Sequence record: OR805294.1
Reading direction: 5' to 3' (one strand)
DNA length: 64,000 nt
Of this stretch, positions 47,297 through 56,138 are shown one piece after another (the first letter of the stretch is position 1; every line of letters begins with the position of its first letter). The translations under genes were made by a program, and so were the position numbers. The notes under the pieces were generated by a model. The model saw nothing but the letters and a program-made list of their open reading frames with translations, had not been told where the DNA came from and searched no databases.

Positions 47297-47322
47297 AAAA
47301 AAGAGGCTTAAGCCTCTTTTTT
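47297..47322. terminator. Bidirectional terminator
   Basis: AAAAAAGAGGC-TTAA-GCCTCTTTTTT. Confidence 0.85.
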
Positions 47323-48057
47323 ATTAGTTTCTATTTTTGCTTTATCTAGTTGCTGTTTACTAATATATTTCGCATTAATTGTTATATTTTTGTTATCTCT
47401 TGCTTTAGTTAACCTATGAGCACCGTCTATTACATATAGTTTACCGTTGTCTTTATACACTATTATAGGGATGCTCACATCGGCAGCTTTTACTCTCGAC
47501 GGCGCTAATTTGGTATATCGTAATATCCATGTTAAGTCTTTTATTTTAACACTTTCTACAGGAGCATGCTCTGTACTTCTAAAAATATCATCTAATCTAT
47601 ATTCATTACCATTATGCGTTAATGTACTATGTTTACCTTCTGTATAAGATTCAGAAATAGTATTAATGTTGTTGCCTATGTTAGATATTCTTGTTAAACT
47701 AGATTCAGTATCAGAAGCTATTATGTCTCTACTATCTCCTGATCCTTTAAAATCGTAAACAATTATTCTTACTACATTAGGGAATATAGAAGATTTATTT
47801 ACTTTAAGTCTTTTTATACGGTTACCCTGGGTGTCGTATAATGTTTCGTCAATTATATTAATATTAAAAGATTTTGCTAAATCCTTTGCAGTAATACCTA
47901 CCTCTGCGGGTGATTCTCTAGAATATCTAGCCCTATTATCTATTACTAACTCGGTATTGTTGAAAAATGGATATTTATTCAATACATTGTTTAGTATTTT
48001 TTTAAATTTTGTATCTATAGGCTTAAACGGTAAAATCTCACCTTCTATAAATCTCAT
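47308..48057 (-). CDS. Protein with C-terminal ParB/Srx-like domain (249 aa)
   Basis: PIIVYKDNGKLYVIDGAHRL motif. Confidence 0.75.
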   Translation of the reverse strand: MRFIEGEILPFKPIDTKFKKILNNVLNKYPFFNNTELVIDNRARYSRESPAEVGITAKDLAKSFNINIIDETLYDTQGNRIKRLKVNKSSIFPNVVRIIVYDFKGSGDSRDIIASDTESSLTRISNIGNNINTISESYTEGKHSTLTHNGNEYRLDDIFRSTEHAPVESVKIKDLTWILRYTKLAPSRVKAADVSIPIIVYKDNGKLYVIDGAHRLTKARDNKNITINAKYISKQQLDKAKIETNKKEA

Positions 48058-48059
48058 TA

Positions 48060-48557
48060 TTATTTACTCAGCTGTTTTACTTTCTCTTTATTCTCTTCTG
48101 TCCAGAAATTATTCCAACTACAGAATACCCAACCCTTGTAATCTATACTATTATTTACTTTAATACCGGTTTTTTCTTCAAATACTACCCATTTGCCTTG
48201 CCGAGTTATTTTTATAAAAATAATATTAAAATCACCTTCGCTAGCAGTATCACGTACCTGTGATATCCATGTATCTAATTGTTTGCACTCTCCCTCGAAC
48301 AACGAAGTAAATGAAAATTTTGCATACGATTTACATTCAGAATTAAAATGTTCCCATGTATCTGGAGGGAAAATATCACCTTTATAGGATTTGATTTGAT
48401 TATTGCCTAGTGATGTTTTTCTGACAGAATTTTGTCCTCCTATAAAGGCACCTGAATGTGCTGTTCTAGTAAAGGGTTCGTTGTAAAATGAGGTAAGATC
48501 TTTTGCTACATCTCGTTCCCAGCTACTACCTTTAATTTTACTTTTCGATCCAGACAT
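48060..48557 (-). CDS. Holliday junction resolvase-like PD-(D/E)xK nuclease
   Basis: SKxKGSSWERDVAK; GDI; ECKSY. Confidence 0.8.
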   Translation of the reverse strand: MSGSKSKIKGSSWERDVAKDLTSFYNEPFTRTAHSGAFIGGQNSVRKTSLGNNQIKSYKGDIFPPDTWEHFNSECKSYAKFSFTSLFEGECKQLDTWISQVRDTASEGDFNIIFIKITRQGKWVVFEEKTGIKVNNSIDYKGWVFCSWNNFWTEENKEKVKQLSK

Positions 48558-48631
48558 GTTTTGTTAACCTTTTATATACCTGTTAAATTTTACATTATTT
48601 AGTTAATTTTATACCCATATAATACTGTCGA

Positions 48632-48639
48632 GATAAATA
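48632..48639 (+). promoter_or_regulatory. Possible late promoter (GATAAATA) upstream of the ncRNA candidate
   Basis: Same motif as other late promoters. Confidence 0.45.
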
Positions 48640-48688
48640 TGTGTGTAGATAACTTATAGCATTATTTTTAACGATTTTAGTACAATGG

Positions 48689-48717
48689 TTGACAGTATTA
48701 ATATCGTATGCTATAAT
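48689..48717 (+). promoter_or_regulatory. Consensus sigma70 promoter
   Basis: TTGACA-17-TATAAT with extended -10 TG. Confidence 0.9.
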
Positions 48718-48723
48718 CCGCAA

Positions 48724-49690
48724 CATAATAAAACTAAAGGACGTATGTAACAAAACAGACGTTCTCCTAAGTGTTTTAAAGTTTTTGCTTAGGAAGACCC
48801 AGTTGTATGTTTAAAGGGTGAACGGTAACGGGCATTCTTGTTTAAGACTAGTTCTTATGAAGACATTGGCAACTAACATAGCAGCTTTGTTCCATCATTG
48901 GATATTGGTAGTAGAAACTATCCCCATCGTGCCTTTACTGTAGTACCGTTAGAGACGGAGATGACGCAGGAAAAAAGGTTATTTAAATTATGATTTTGGG
49001 TGCTGCAGAACACTTTCGTAAACAAAAGGAATATAGTTTACGTATACACAACGGGAACGGGAAAAAGCTTTTTAAGCAAAAACGAGTCCCTGGTAATTGG
49101 TGTTTAACGGGAGTGACGTCCCAAATGTTATTCATCGATTAACACTGTAAGAAGGTTGTAAGGGTTATTGTGTTCGAAGTGGTTTACACAACTGTTCTTC
49201 CTACATTTATGTACAGAAGTGTAAACGAAAGGATGTTGCTCTGGTAGAAAAAGATCAACGTACTTTATGACACTATCCTTGTGACATATGTACTTGTACC
49301 AACAACAGCCGCAGGTTACGGATATGGTATTACAAACTGTACTGCGGTTCCGGGAGTTGAAAGTGGATGTTAGCTTAGGTGGCTGTTTGCTTAATTATAA
49401 TGTTTAATTTAGGCAATATAAGCGTCGGGTGAGGCTTTCGTAGGTTGCGTGTTTATGCTACGGTGTAAATGGGCTAGACTACTGGCGCATACATGAGTAT
49501 TGTAGGATTGGCGCTTTAATAAAGAAATTTGTTAAAGTTTGAGTTTAGCTCCCCGCTCATTAGCAATAAACGTTGCTAGTCGATAGTATACCCACGCCTA
49601 AATAATGCCGTCATTGTTTAGTTTTTTTAAAAAATATAATTGTCAATTATATGTCGTACGCATCTACCCCGAAAAGGGGTAGATGTTTAT
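48724..49690 (+). ncRNA. Candidate large (~950-nt) structured non-coding RNA
   Basis: Perfect promoter, no ORF of 60 aa or more, raised GC, many local and long-range helices, 10-bp terminal hairpin at 49661-49685. Confidence 0.6.
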
Positions 49691-49692
49691 GA
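49661..49692 (+). terminator. Terminator-like hairpin
   Basis: CATCTACCCC-GAAAA-GGGGTAGATG followed by TTTATGA. Confidence 0.65.
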
Positions 49693-49747
49693 CTTTCGTT
49701 TACACTCATGTCATAATCAGTACACGCCATTTTAGGCCATTCTACAT

Positions 49748-49918
49748 CAATACACTGCTTCTAGCAGTGTATTGGACATACAAAATGATCTTAAATTATA
49801 TCAAATTTGTTTAATTACTTTAATTTTGTTACTTTAGTAATTTGTATTTTGTTTATATGAGTTGTAGTTTACGAAAACGAATATAAACAAAATACATATG
49901 TGAACTGTAGTTCACATA
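49748..49918. repeat. Cluster of perfect inverted repeats
   Basis: 11 bp (49748-58/49764-74), 16 bp (49843-58/49881-96), 9 bp (49897-905/49910-918). Confidence 0.9.
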
Positions 49919-50070
49919 CTTACTAACGTTGTATATTACGGTAATTCTATAAAATATCTCTATATAATTATAAACGTTTTATGGCATACTACGACTGAAC
50001 GAAATTGAAAATTAACTAGAGATTTAATTAGATAAATAATATTGTAAAAATTGTATAGAGGTATACATCA

Positions 50071-50523
50071 ATGAACGATTACACACATTACACAGAGGAA
50101 GATTTCATATTTTTAGCATATGATTTAAATACTCAGCTTATAAATGATGGATATCCTGACGCTGCTGTAAAATTTATTACTAATCAGTTTATTTTAGAGC
50201 ATAGACATCCTGACGAAATAAAACGTTGTATAGGATGTAATTCTAAAATGTACGAAGATGTTATTGCTACTAAGAGAAATTTATCTGGTAAATCGCATTG
50301 CAGACATTGCGAATCGAAACTTAGTATGTATAAGGAAGTTGTTAAAGAAGTAGCAAATACAACACAAATACTTCGCATACCAGAAAAACATTTAAATTCA
50401 GTTAAACGATTAATTAGAATATATAATGAGCAAAACAAAACTAGTGCATATCAGAGTATATTAGTTAAAACAAAGAAACTTAACACAGGAGTTTCTAAAA
50501 AGTTAAAAAGAAAGGGACGTTAA
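50071..50523 (+). CDS. Zinc-finger-containing hypothetical protein (150 aa)
   Basis: CIGC...CRHC pair, basic C-terminus; GATAAATA at 50031 and GAGG RBS. Confidence 0.75.
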   Translation: MNDYTHYTEEDFIFLAYDLNTQLINDGYPDAAVKFITNQFILEHRHPDEIKRCIGCNSKMYEDVIATKRNLSGKSHCRHCESKLSMYKEVVKEVANTTQILRIPEKHLNSVKRLIRIYNEQNKTSAYQSILVKTKKLNTGVSKKLKRKGR

Positions 50524-50540
50524 TTGTCCCTTTCTTTTTA
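50507..50540. terminator. Bidirectional terminator
   Basis: AAAGAAAGGGAC-GTTAATT-GTCCCTTTCTTT. Confidence 0.8.
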
Positions 50541-50765
50541 TAGGAAGCTTCTACCTGTTTCTGCTTCGATTTTTTGTTTAATAAATTCTCCTAAACGTAC
50601 CCGCTCTTGATATGATAAAGACCAAGCAGTGTGCCAGTCAAATCCATTAATTTTATCACATATTTGGACTATTTCGCCTTCTAATCCCAGTGATTCTTGT
50701 TCATATTCTTGTATAACGTTCCTAATATCATCTGGGGTTCCCGATACTAGGATTCTCTGAAAAAA
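50538..50765 (-). CDS. -1 frameshift extension (73 aa) of the gp26-like chaperone; gp51/GT-like domain
   Basis: Frame has no ATG/GTG/TTG; entered through slippery U UUU UUC (50765-50759) with a 10-bp stem 6 nt downstream. Confidence 0.75.
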   Translation of the reverse strand, partial: FFQRILVSGTPDDIRNVIQEYEQESLGLEGEIVQICDKINGFDWHTAWSLSYQERVRLGEFIKQKIEAETGRSFL

Positions 50766-51601
50766 CTTACTGGGTTAAAATCTACAGGTACTACAAAACT
50801 TTTATTACAGTTGTCGCATACTGCATCAAAGTCGCCATTAACTCCTACTTGATTTATTTCTTTTAAAAGACTATCTATTTTATTAACATCTGCTCTATCT
50901 ATATTTGCTATAAATTCTTTTATATCAGCCAGTGTCTGAGGAGTATTATTAACTATATCTATACCGTTAGTTTCATCTACAATACGAACTATTGTTTTTG
51001 CAATTAATTCGAAATTTAATGATGACAGTTCATTTATTGTGTTAGAAAAGGCAGAAAGTTTTTCTTCATCTGAATACATATCGCTTTGCATTATTCTAAT
51101 AAATTTTGCTTGTTCTAATGCAGTTTTTGCAACTGTCATATTATCTGAAAAATCATATGGTCTAATAAATATAGATAGACCGTTATCGAGGTTCACGACG
51201 TATTGATCTTCTAAATAAGTGGACGTATTAATAACATTTAATAAGTCTATTCCATATAAATTTTTATGATTACAATGCGGGCACGTAGAAGAAATATCTA
51301 TTGTGTTACCGTATGATGCTGCTTTTATAGCAACACATATCATATGAATGTCATTAATCAAGAGTTTATTTACATCTTTAATTCCCGGTACACAACTCTT
51401 AATTACTTCTTTTAAGCCTTCACCGTTCACTAATGCATCAGGATTTTTTATTAATACTTCATCTTTTCCTGTCATAGCATATACCCCTAGTTCTCCAGAA
51501 TCGGTGTATTCTACAACATTTGATGGATAAAATGAATTTCCGCTGGGCAAACGAATATAAGATTTGAATGTTCTGTAATATTGATGTAATTTGTTGCTCA
51601 T
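50747..51601 (-). CDS. Baseplate hub/tail assembly chaperone, T4 gp26-like (284 aa)
   Basis: YIRLPSG..FY; MTGKDE; CPHC and CDNC motifs; ends FNPVSFF. Confidence 0.8.
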   Translation of the reverse strand: MSNKLHQYYRTFKSYIRLPSGNSFYPSNVVEYTDSGELGVYAMTGKDEVLIKNPDALVNGEGLKEVIKSCVPGIKDVNKLLINDIHMICVAIKAASYGNTIDISSTCPHCNHKNLYGIDLLNVINTSTYLEDQYVVNLDNGLSIFIRPYDFSDNMTVAKTALEQAKFIRIMQSDMYSDEEKLSAFSNTINELSSLNFELIAKTIVRIVDETNGIDIVNNTPQTLADIKEFIANIDRADVNKIDSLLKEINQVGVNGDFDAVCDNCNKSFVVPVDFNPVSFFRES

Positions 51602-51620
51602 AATGTGTATATGCTCTTTT

Positions 51621-51648
51621 GATAAATATGCTATATACCGTATTTATC
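51621..51648. promoter_or_regulatory. Face-to-face pair of late promoters
   Basis: GATAAATA (+, 51621-28) and TATTTATC (-, 51641-48). Confidence 0.7.
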
Positions 51649-51670
51649 ATAGCATTTTATAGAGGTTCTT

Positions 51671-54067
51671 GTGGCAGAAGATATTAGAATTGTTGGCGTT
51701 GATCCTAGTGTCCCTGGCTGGGCTAGAGAAGAAACTCTTAATAAAATAGTATCTGAGTTAAAAAAACTCAATGGATCTAATACAAGAGAAAACGACGAAC
51801 TAAAAGATGCAGTAGATGAACTAGTTAGGGTAACCCGTAGATCTAACGAAGATACATCTAGAACAGATAATAACACTGAAATAAAAGAAGCATTAAATAG
51901 ATTATCTTCTTCGTTAAAACAACAGAAAAAATCTGATAATTCTTTATCTGCAAAGCAAGGTGGAAACAAACCTCCCGTATTGCCGCCTGACAATAAGAAA
52001 TCTAAATTAGATACAGATACTATAGGCGCATTTATTACTGCCGTCGGTACTGCTTCAAAGGCAGTAGCAAAATTTACTTTAAGTATGGCATCTTTTGCAG
52101 TTGGCGGAAGTATATATGCTGCATTAAAGCAAGCTGCATCGTCGCAACTTACTTTATCTAGAGATTTATATAAATCAGGTTGGAACTTCGGAACGGTATT
52201 AGACGATGCATCTGGTATTATTAAATCTACCAACTTAGACGGTATTTCGTATGCCATAAAAGGTTTAGGTATAAATTCATCTGCATTATCTGAAGTATTA
52301 AAAGGCAATGAATTAGCAATACAAAAATACGGAATAAAATCGTTTGTAGATTTGTCTTCTAGCTTAAAAAGACAAGGCAATAGCTTAGGTATGTCTTTAA
52401 AAGAAACAGCAGATTATGTAGGAGAATATTTAGAATCTCAACGTTTAATGGGTACATTTGATAAAATGCGCCAAGTAAACATGACTGCCCTTGCATCTAA
52501 AGCACTTAAAGATACCCAAGCATTTGCTACTGCATTAAGAATGTCCACAGAAGACCTTCAGGCAAAAATGAATGAAAGTTTAAAAGATGTAGACTTTCGT
52601 GTAGCAATAGAATCAGTTAACGCAAATTCTAAAGAAGCCGCCGCCCAAATTTATGCCGCTTTGCCGGAACAATTGCAAACTATGTTTAAGGTAGCTCTTA
52701 AAGATACTCCGTCTTTTATGGCATCCAAAGAATACGCCGATTTAATAAAATCCGGGCAAGGAGAATTAGCTAGACAAATAATTGCAGTATCATCTGGACT
52801 GAAATCTGGTAATATAACTAACGGTCAGGCAGATGATGCAATGAAACGACTTATAAAATCTACTAGTTTTGCAGAAAGTACAATGCGTAGACTTGCTATG
52901 CTAGATGCTCGTGGACTAATAGATAGTAATGTTGCTGCTGCTGCGTATGGATTAAAAGACCTTAGAGATAAAATGGATGGTCATTATGAAGGAATCCAAA
53001 ATACAGAAGCTACAAATTTAGCAAAAGTCGAAGATGTAAGAAATAGAGCATTAGCTGTATTAGATACGTTTGTATCATCTATAATGAGAGCAGGATTCGA
53101 ATCTGATGAATTTGCTAAATTATTAGATAATGCAAATGAAATGTTAAAAACAATTCATAATACAGCAGAAGACTTAGGTAAACAATTAGGTCCGGAATTA
53201 TTTAAATTTGTTAACAATGCTATGGAATATCTAAATGGTTTATTTAGTAAAGATGTAGCAGGAAATATAAATGTAAATTATTCTAAAATAATAGGAGATA
53301 TTTTAACAAGTTCCGGTGCTGCTATAGTAGTTGGCGTTCTTGCTATTATGACTACATTTAAAGGTGTTGTTATTTCTTCGTTATCGTCGTGGCTTAAAGG
53401 TGCATCAGGACCTATGTCATCATTAGGTGGCACCGTAAAAACTATAGCAGGAAGATTAGGGGCATTTGCAGCACTAGCAGTATCGTTTACAAATGGAATA
53501 GGTAGATTAAGTCAATCAATTTCGGAAGGCGGCGATGCAATAGAATCTGCATTGAATTTTTTATCGGGCGCCGGCGAAGGTATAATAGATCCTGTGTTTA
53601 AATCCCTTACATGGGCAGCTAACAAATTAGGTATAGTATCTGATGAAGCAGCAGATGGATTTAGTAAATACATCAGTGATACTAATTTGCAACAGTTCTT
53701 GGGTCTACAAGATATACCTATAAAAGTAGAAACTACTAATAAACCTGCATATACACCGCCTGGACCTACTGCTACTAAAACATCTGCATACGGTAAAATA
53801 GAAACTCCGAAAGCTCCTGCTATAATTCCTACAGCTCAGCCAGATGTTGCAGACGCAGCAAAACAAAGTCCTACTCCTGTAGATCCTACTAGCAATATAA
53901 AGCCTATAGAAAATACAGGAATGAGTTCTCAAGACATGCTAAATAGAAGTACAGATAAACTTATACGTTTACAAGAAGAACAAATACGACAGTTACAAGA
54001 GCTTGTAGATATTCAGCGCAGAGCATTAGCTGCTACTAGAGAAACTGGATTTACAAGAACTAGGTAA
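51671..54067 (+). CDS. Tape-measure-like protein (798 aa)
   Basis: Long helical Ala/Leu/Ser/Lys-rich protein with hydrophobic segments, next to the chaperone gene. Confidence 0.65.
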   Translation: MAEDIRIVGVDPSVPGWAREETLNKIVSELKKLNGSNTRENDELKDAVDELVRVTRRSNEDTSRTDNNTEIKEALNRLSSSLKQQKKSDNSLSAKQGGNKPPVLPPDNKKSKLDTDTIGAFITAVGTASKAVAKFTLSMASFAVGGSIYAALKQAASSQLTLSRDLYKSGWNFGTVLDDASGIIKSTNLDGISYAIKGLGINSSALSEVLKGNELAIQKYGIKSFVDLSSSLKRQGNSLGMSLKETADYVGEYLESQRLMGTFDKMRQVNMTALASKALKDTQAFATALRMSTEDLQAKMNESLKDVDFRVAIESVNANSKEAAAQIYAALPEQLQTMFKVALKDTPSFMASKEYADLIKSGQGELARQIIAVSSGLKSGNITNGQADDAMKRLIKSTSFAESTMRRLAMLDARGLIDSNVAAAAYGLKDLRDKMDGHYEGIQNTEATNLAKVEDVRNRALAVLDTFVSSIMRAGFESDEFAKLLDNANEMLKTIHNTAEDLGKQLGPELFKFVNNAMEYLNGLFSKDVAGNINVNYSKIIGDILTSSGAAIVVGVLAIMTTFKGVVISSLSSWLKGASGPMSSLGGTVKTIAGRLGAFAALAVSFTNGIGRLSQSISEGGDAIESALNFLSGAGEGIIDPVFKSLTWAANKLGIVSDEAADGFSKYISDTNLQQFLGLQDIPIKVETTNKPAYTPPGPTATKTSAYGKIETPKAPAIIPTAQPDVADAAKQSPTPVDPTSNIKPIENTGMSSQDMLNRSTDKLIRLQEEQIRQLQELVDIQRRALAATRETGFTRTR

Positions 54068-54096
54068 TAAACACAATATATATTGAGATAGAGTAC

Positions 54097-55812
54097 ATGT
54101 CTAGTTGGAAAAAACATTTTAAGCCTGCATCAAATTCAGCGCTGCCTATACAAACTAAAAATACATCTGGTTATGCTTCTGCTGTTTCAAAATATAACAC
54201 ATGGCTTCCTGAAGTTTATATGGGTCCGCCTAACAGATTGGAGCGGTACATTCAATATGAACAAATGGATCTAGATCACGAAGTAAACACTGCATTAGAT
54301 ACTATAGCAGAGTTTTCTACACAACCAGACGGTGTAACTGGATTACCATTAAATATAAAATTTACAGAAGAACCTACCGAAACAGAATTAAAAATTTTAA
54401 CAAAAAGCTTAAAAAGATGGATACATCTTAATAAGTTTGAAGATAGGCTTTTCGGTATTTTTAGATCTACAATAAAGTATGGAGATCAATTCTTTATAAG
54501 AGATCCAGAAACTTACGAATTATATTGGGTAGACCCGCACAAAGTAGAAAAAATAATTGTTAACGAAAGTAAAGGAAAAGAAATAGAGACCTATTTCATT
54601 AAAGATGTCGATTTAAATACTGCAGAGTTAGTAGGATCTAATGTAACTAATAAAATACAAATAGGATACGGAAACACAGCATCTGCTTTCCCCCAAGCAA
54701 CTATGGGAATAAATCCTGCAGGACCATACGCATCTGCAAATAATCCTAGTCAGAATGGCTCGTTAGCTAACAGCGAAGCTATGCCGATAAATGCAACGCA
54801 TATAGTTCATTTTTCTATGACAGAAGGTATGAATTCTGCGTGGCCATTCGGTACTAGTGAATTAGAGACTATATTTAAAGTATATAAGCAAAAAGAAATG
54901 CTTGAAGATGCAATGCTTATATATAGAATTCATCGTGCACCGGAAAGACGTGTGTTTATTATCGACACAGGTAACTTGCCTCCTAACAAAGCTCAGCAAG
55001 TGTTAGAGCGCGTTAAATATGAAGTACAACAAAAAAGGATTCCTAATAAAACTGGCGGCGGAAGTAATATTCTAGACTCGTCATATAACCCTCTTTCTAC
55101 TCTTGAAGATTATTATTTTGCTCAATCAGCAGACGGCAGAGGATCGAAAGTAGATGTTTTACCAGGAGGTTCTAATCTAGGCGAAATAGATGATATGCGT
55201 TATTTTAATAATAAAATGATGCGTGCGTTAGGAGTTCCTAGTTCATATCTGCCTACAGGGCCCGATGATGGTACAGCAGGATATAATGATGGAAGAGTAG
55301 GAACTGCATATATACAAGAATATAGATTTAGTGAAAGATGCAAAAGACATCAACGCCAGATAGTAAAAACATTAGATAAAGAATTTAAACTATATCTTAA
55401 GTTTAGTGGCATTACTATAGACAATAGTATATTTAATATAACATTTGTAGAGCCACAAAATTTTGCTAAATATCGACAAATAGATATGGATTCTGCTCAA
55501 GTTGCAGTTTTTAATGGAATTGCTGATGTCCCCTACATAAGTAAGCGGTTTGCATTAAAACGTTATTTAGGTTGGGGAGAAGCTGAAATTCTAGAAAACG
55601 AAAAAATGTATGCAGAAGAACAGAGTCTTAAAAACAAACGTGGTAAAAAAGCTGATGCTGGTATGAGACAAGTGGGTATTTCGCCGGCTGCGCTAGCTGG
55701 TGTTGGGGAGTTTGATACTAGTGCAGTTAGTGATAGTTCTGACTTTAGTGATGACGATATAGTCGATGATATTGATTTAGATCAAACAGTAGAAGACTTT
55801 GGGAAAGAATAA
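54097..55812 (+). CDS. gp20: Portal protein
   Basis: EDAMLIYRIHRAPERRVFIIDTGNLP, EDYYF, LPGG motifs. Confidence 0.95.
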   Translation: MSSWKKHFKPASNSALPIQTKNTSGYASAVSKYNTWLPEVYMGPPNRLERYIQYEQMDLDHEVNTALDTIAEFSTQPDGVTGLPLNIKFTEEPTETELKILTKSLKRWIHLNKFEDRLFGIFRSTIKYGDQFFIRDPETYELYWVDPHKVEKIIVNESKGKEIETYFIKDVDLNTAELVGSNVTNKIQIGYGNTASAFPQATMGINPAGPYASANNPSQNGSLANSEAMPINATHIVHFSMTEGMNSAWPFGTSELETIFKVYKQKEMLEDAMLIYRIHRAPERRVFIIDTGNLPPNKAQQVLERVKYEVQQKRIPNKTGGGSNILDSSYNPLSTLEDYYFAQSADGRGSKVDVLPGGSNLGEIDDMRYFNNKMMRALGVPSSYLPTGPDDGTAGYNDGRVGTAYIQEYRFSERCKRHQRQIVKTLDKEFKLYLKFSGITIDNSIFNITFVEPQNFAKYRQIDMDSAQVAVFNGIADVPYISKRFALKRYLGWGEAEILENEKMYAEEQSLKNKRGKKADAGMRQVGISPAALAGVGEFDTSAVSDSSDFSDDDIVDDIDLDQTVEDFGKE

Positions 55813-56033
55813 TGAAAATAAACGATATTATAACAGAAGGTTATTATAATCCTGCAGACGATTCTAGTGCAATTGCACATAAGTCAGACACACGTAGACC
55901 TAGACTAACATTTTCTCATTTAAATAAGCTTAGAAAAATGAGAGAATTGCGTAAAGTAGAAACAGAAGAACATTTAGTGTTAGTTAGACAAATGTATAGC
56001 CAGCCGACACAATCGGACGATGCATTTGGATAA
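55812..56033 (+). CDS. Small head-associated protein (73 aa)
   Basis: Between portal and core; DTRRPRLT..HLNKLRKM; MKINDIITE N-terminus. Confidence 0.75.
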   Translation: MKINDIITEGYYNPADDSSAIAHKSDTRRPRLTFSHLNKLRKMRELRKVETEEHLVLVRQMYSQPTQSDDAFG

Positions 56034-56099
56034 AATTTCTAAAAATGTTAGTTTTTGGGGCATAAATGCCCCTTTTTTAATATTAAGTGTAAATACCGA

Positions 56100-56107
56100 T
56101 ATAAATA
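56100..56107 (+). promoter_or_regulatory. Late promoter TATAAATA
   Basis: Exact T4 late consensus upstream of 56139. Confidence 0.75.
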
Positions 56108-56138
56108 ATATACAACGTTTTCCTAAAGGAGTAAAAAC

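Noticed and set aside
48990-49142. 50-aa ORF (MILGAAEHFRK...) as the purpose of the 48689 promoter
   Set aside because: Weak RBS, 270 nt from the promoter, covers a small part of the unit and overlaps predicted helices. Not excluded without Ribo-seq.
48724-49690. Group I intron, tmRNA or RNase P identity for the long RNA
   Set aside because: GACTA (49477) and TAGTC (49577) could form a P7-like pair, but P/Q/S consensus and order do not fit and no gene is interrupted. No tRNA-like ends and no GAGGAAAGTCC.
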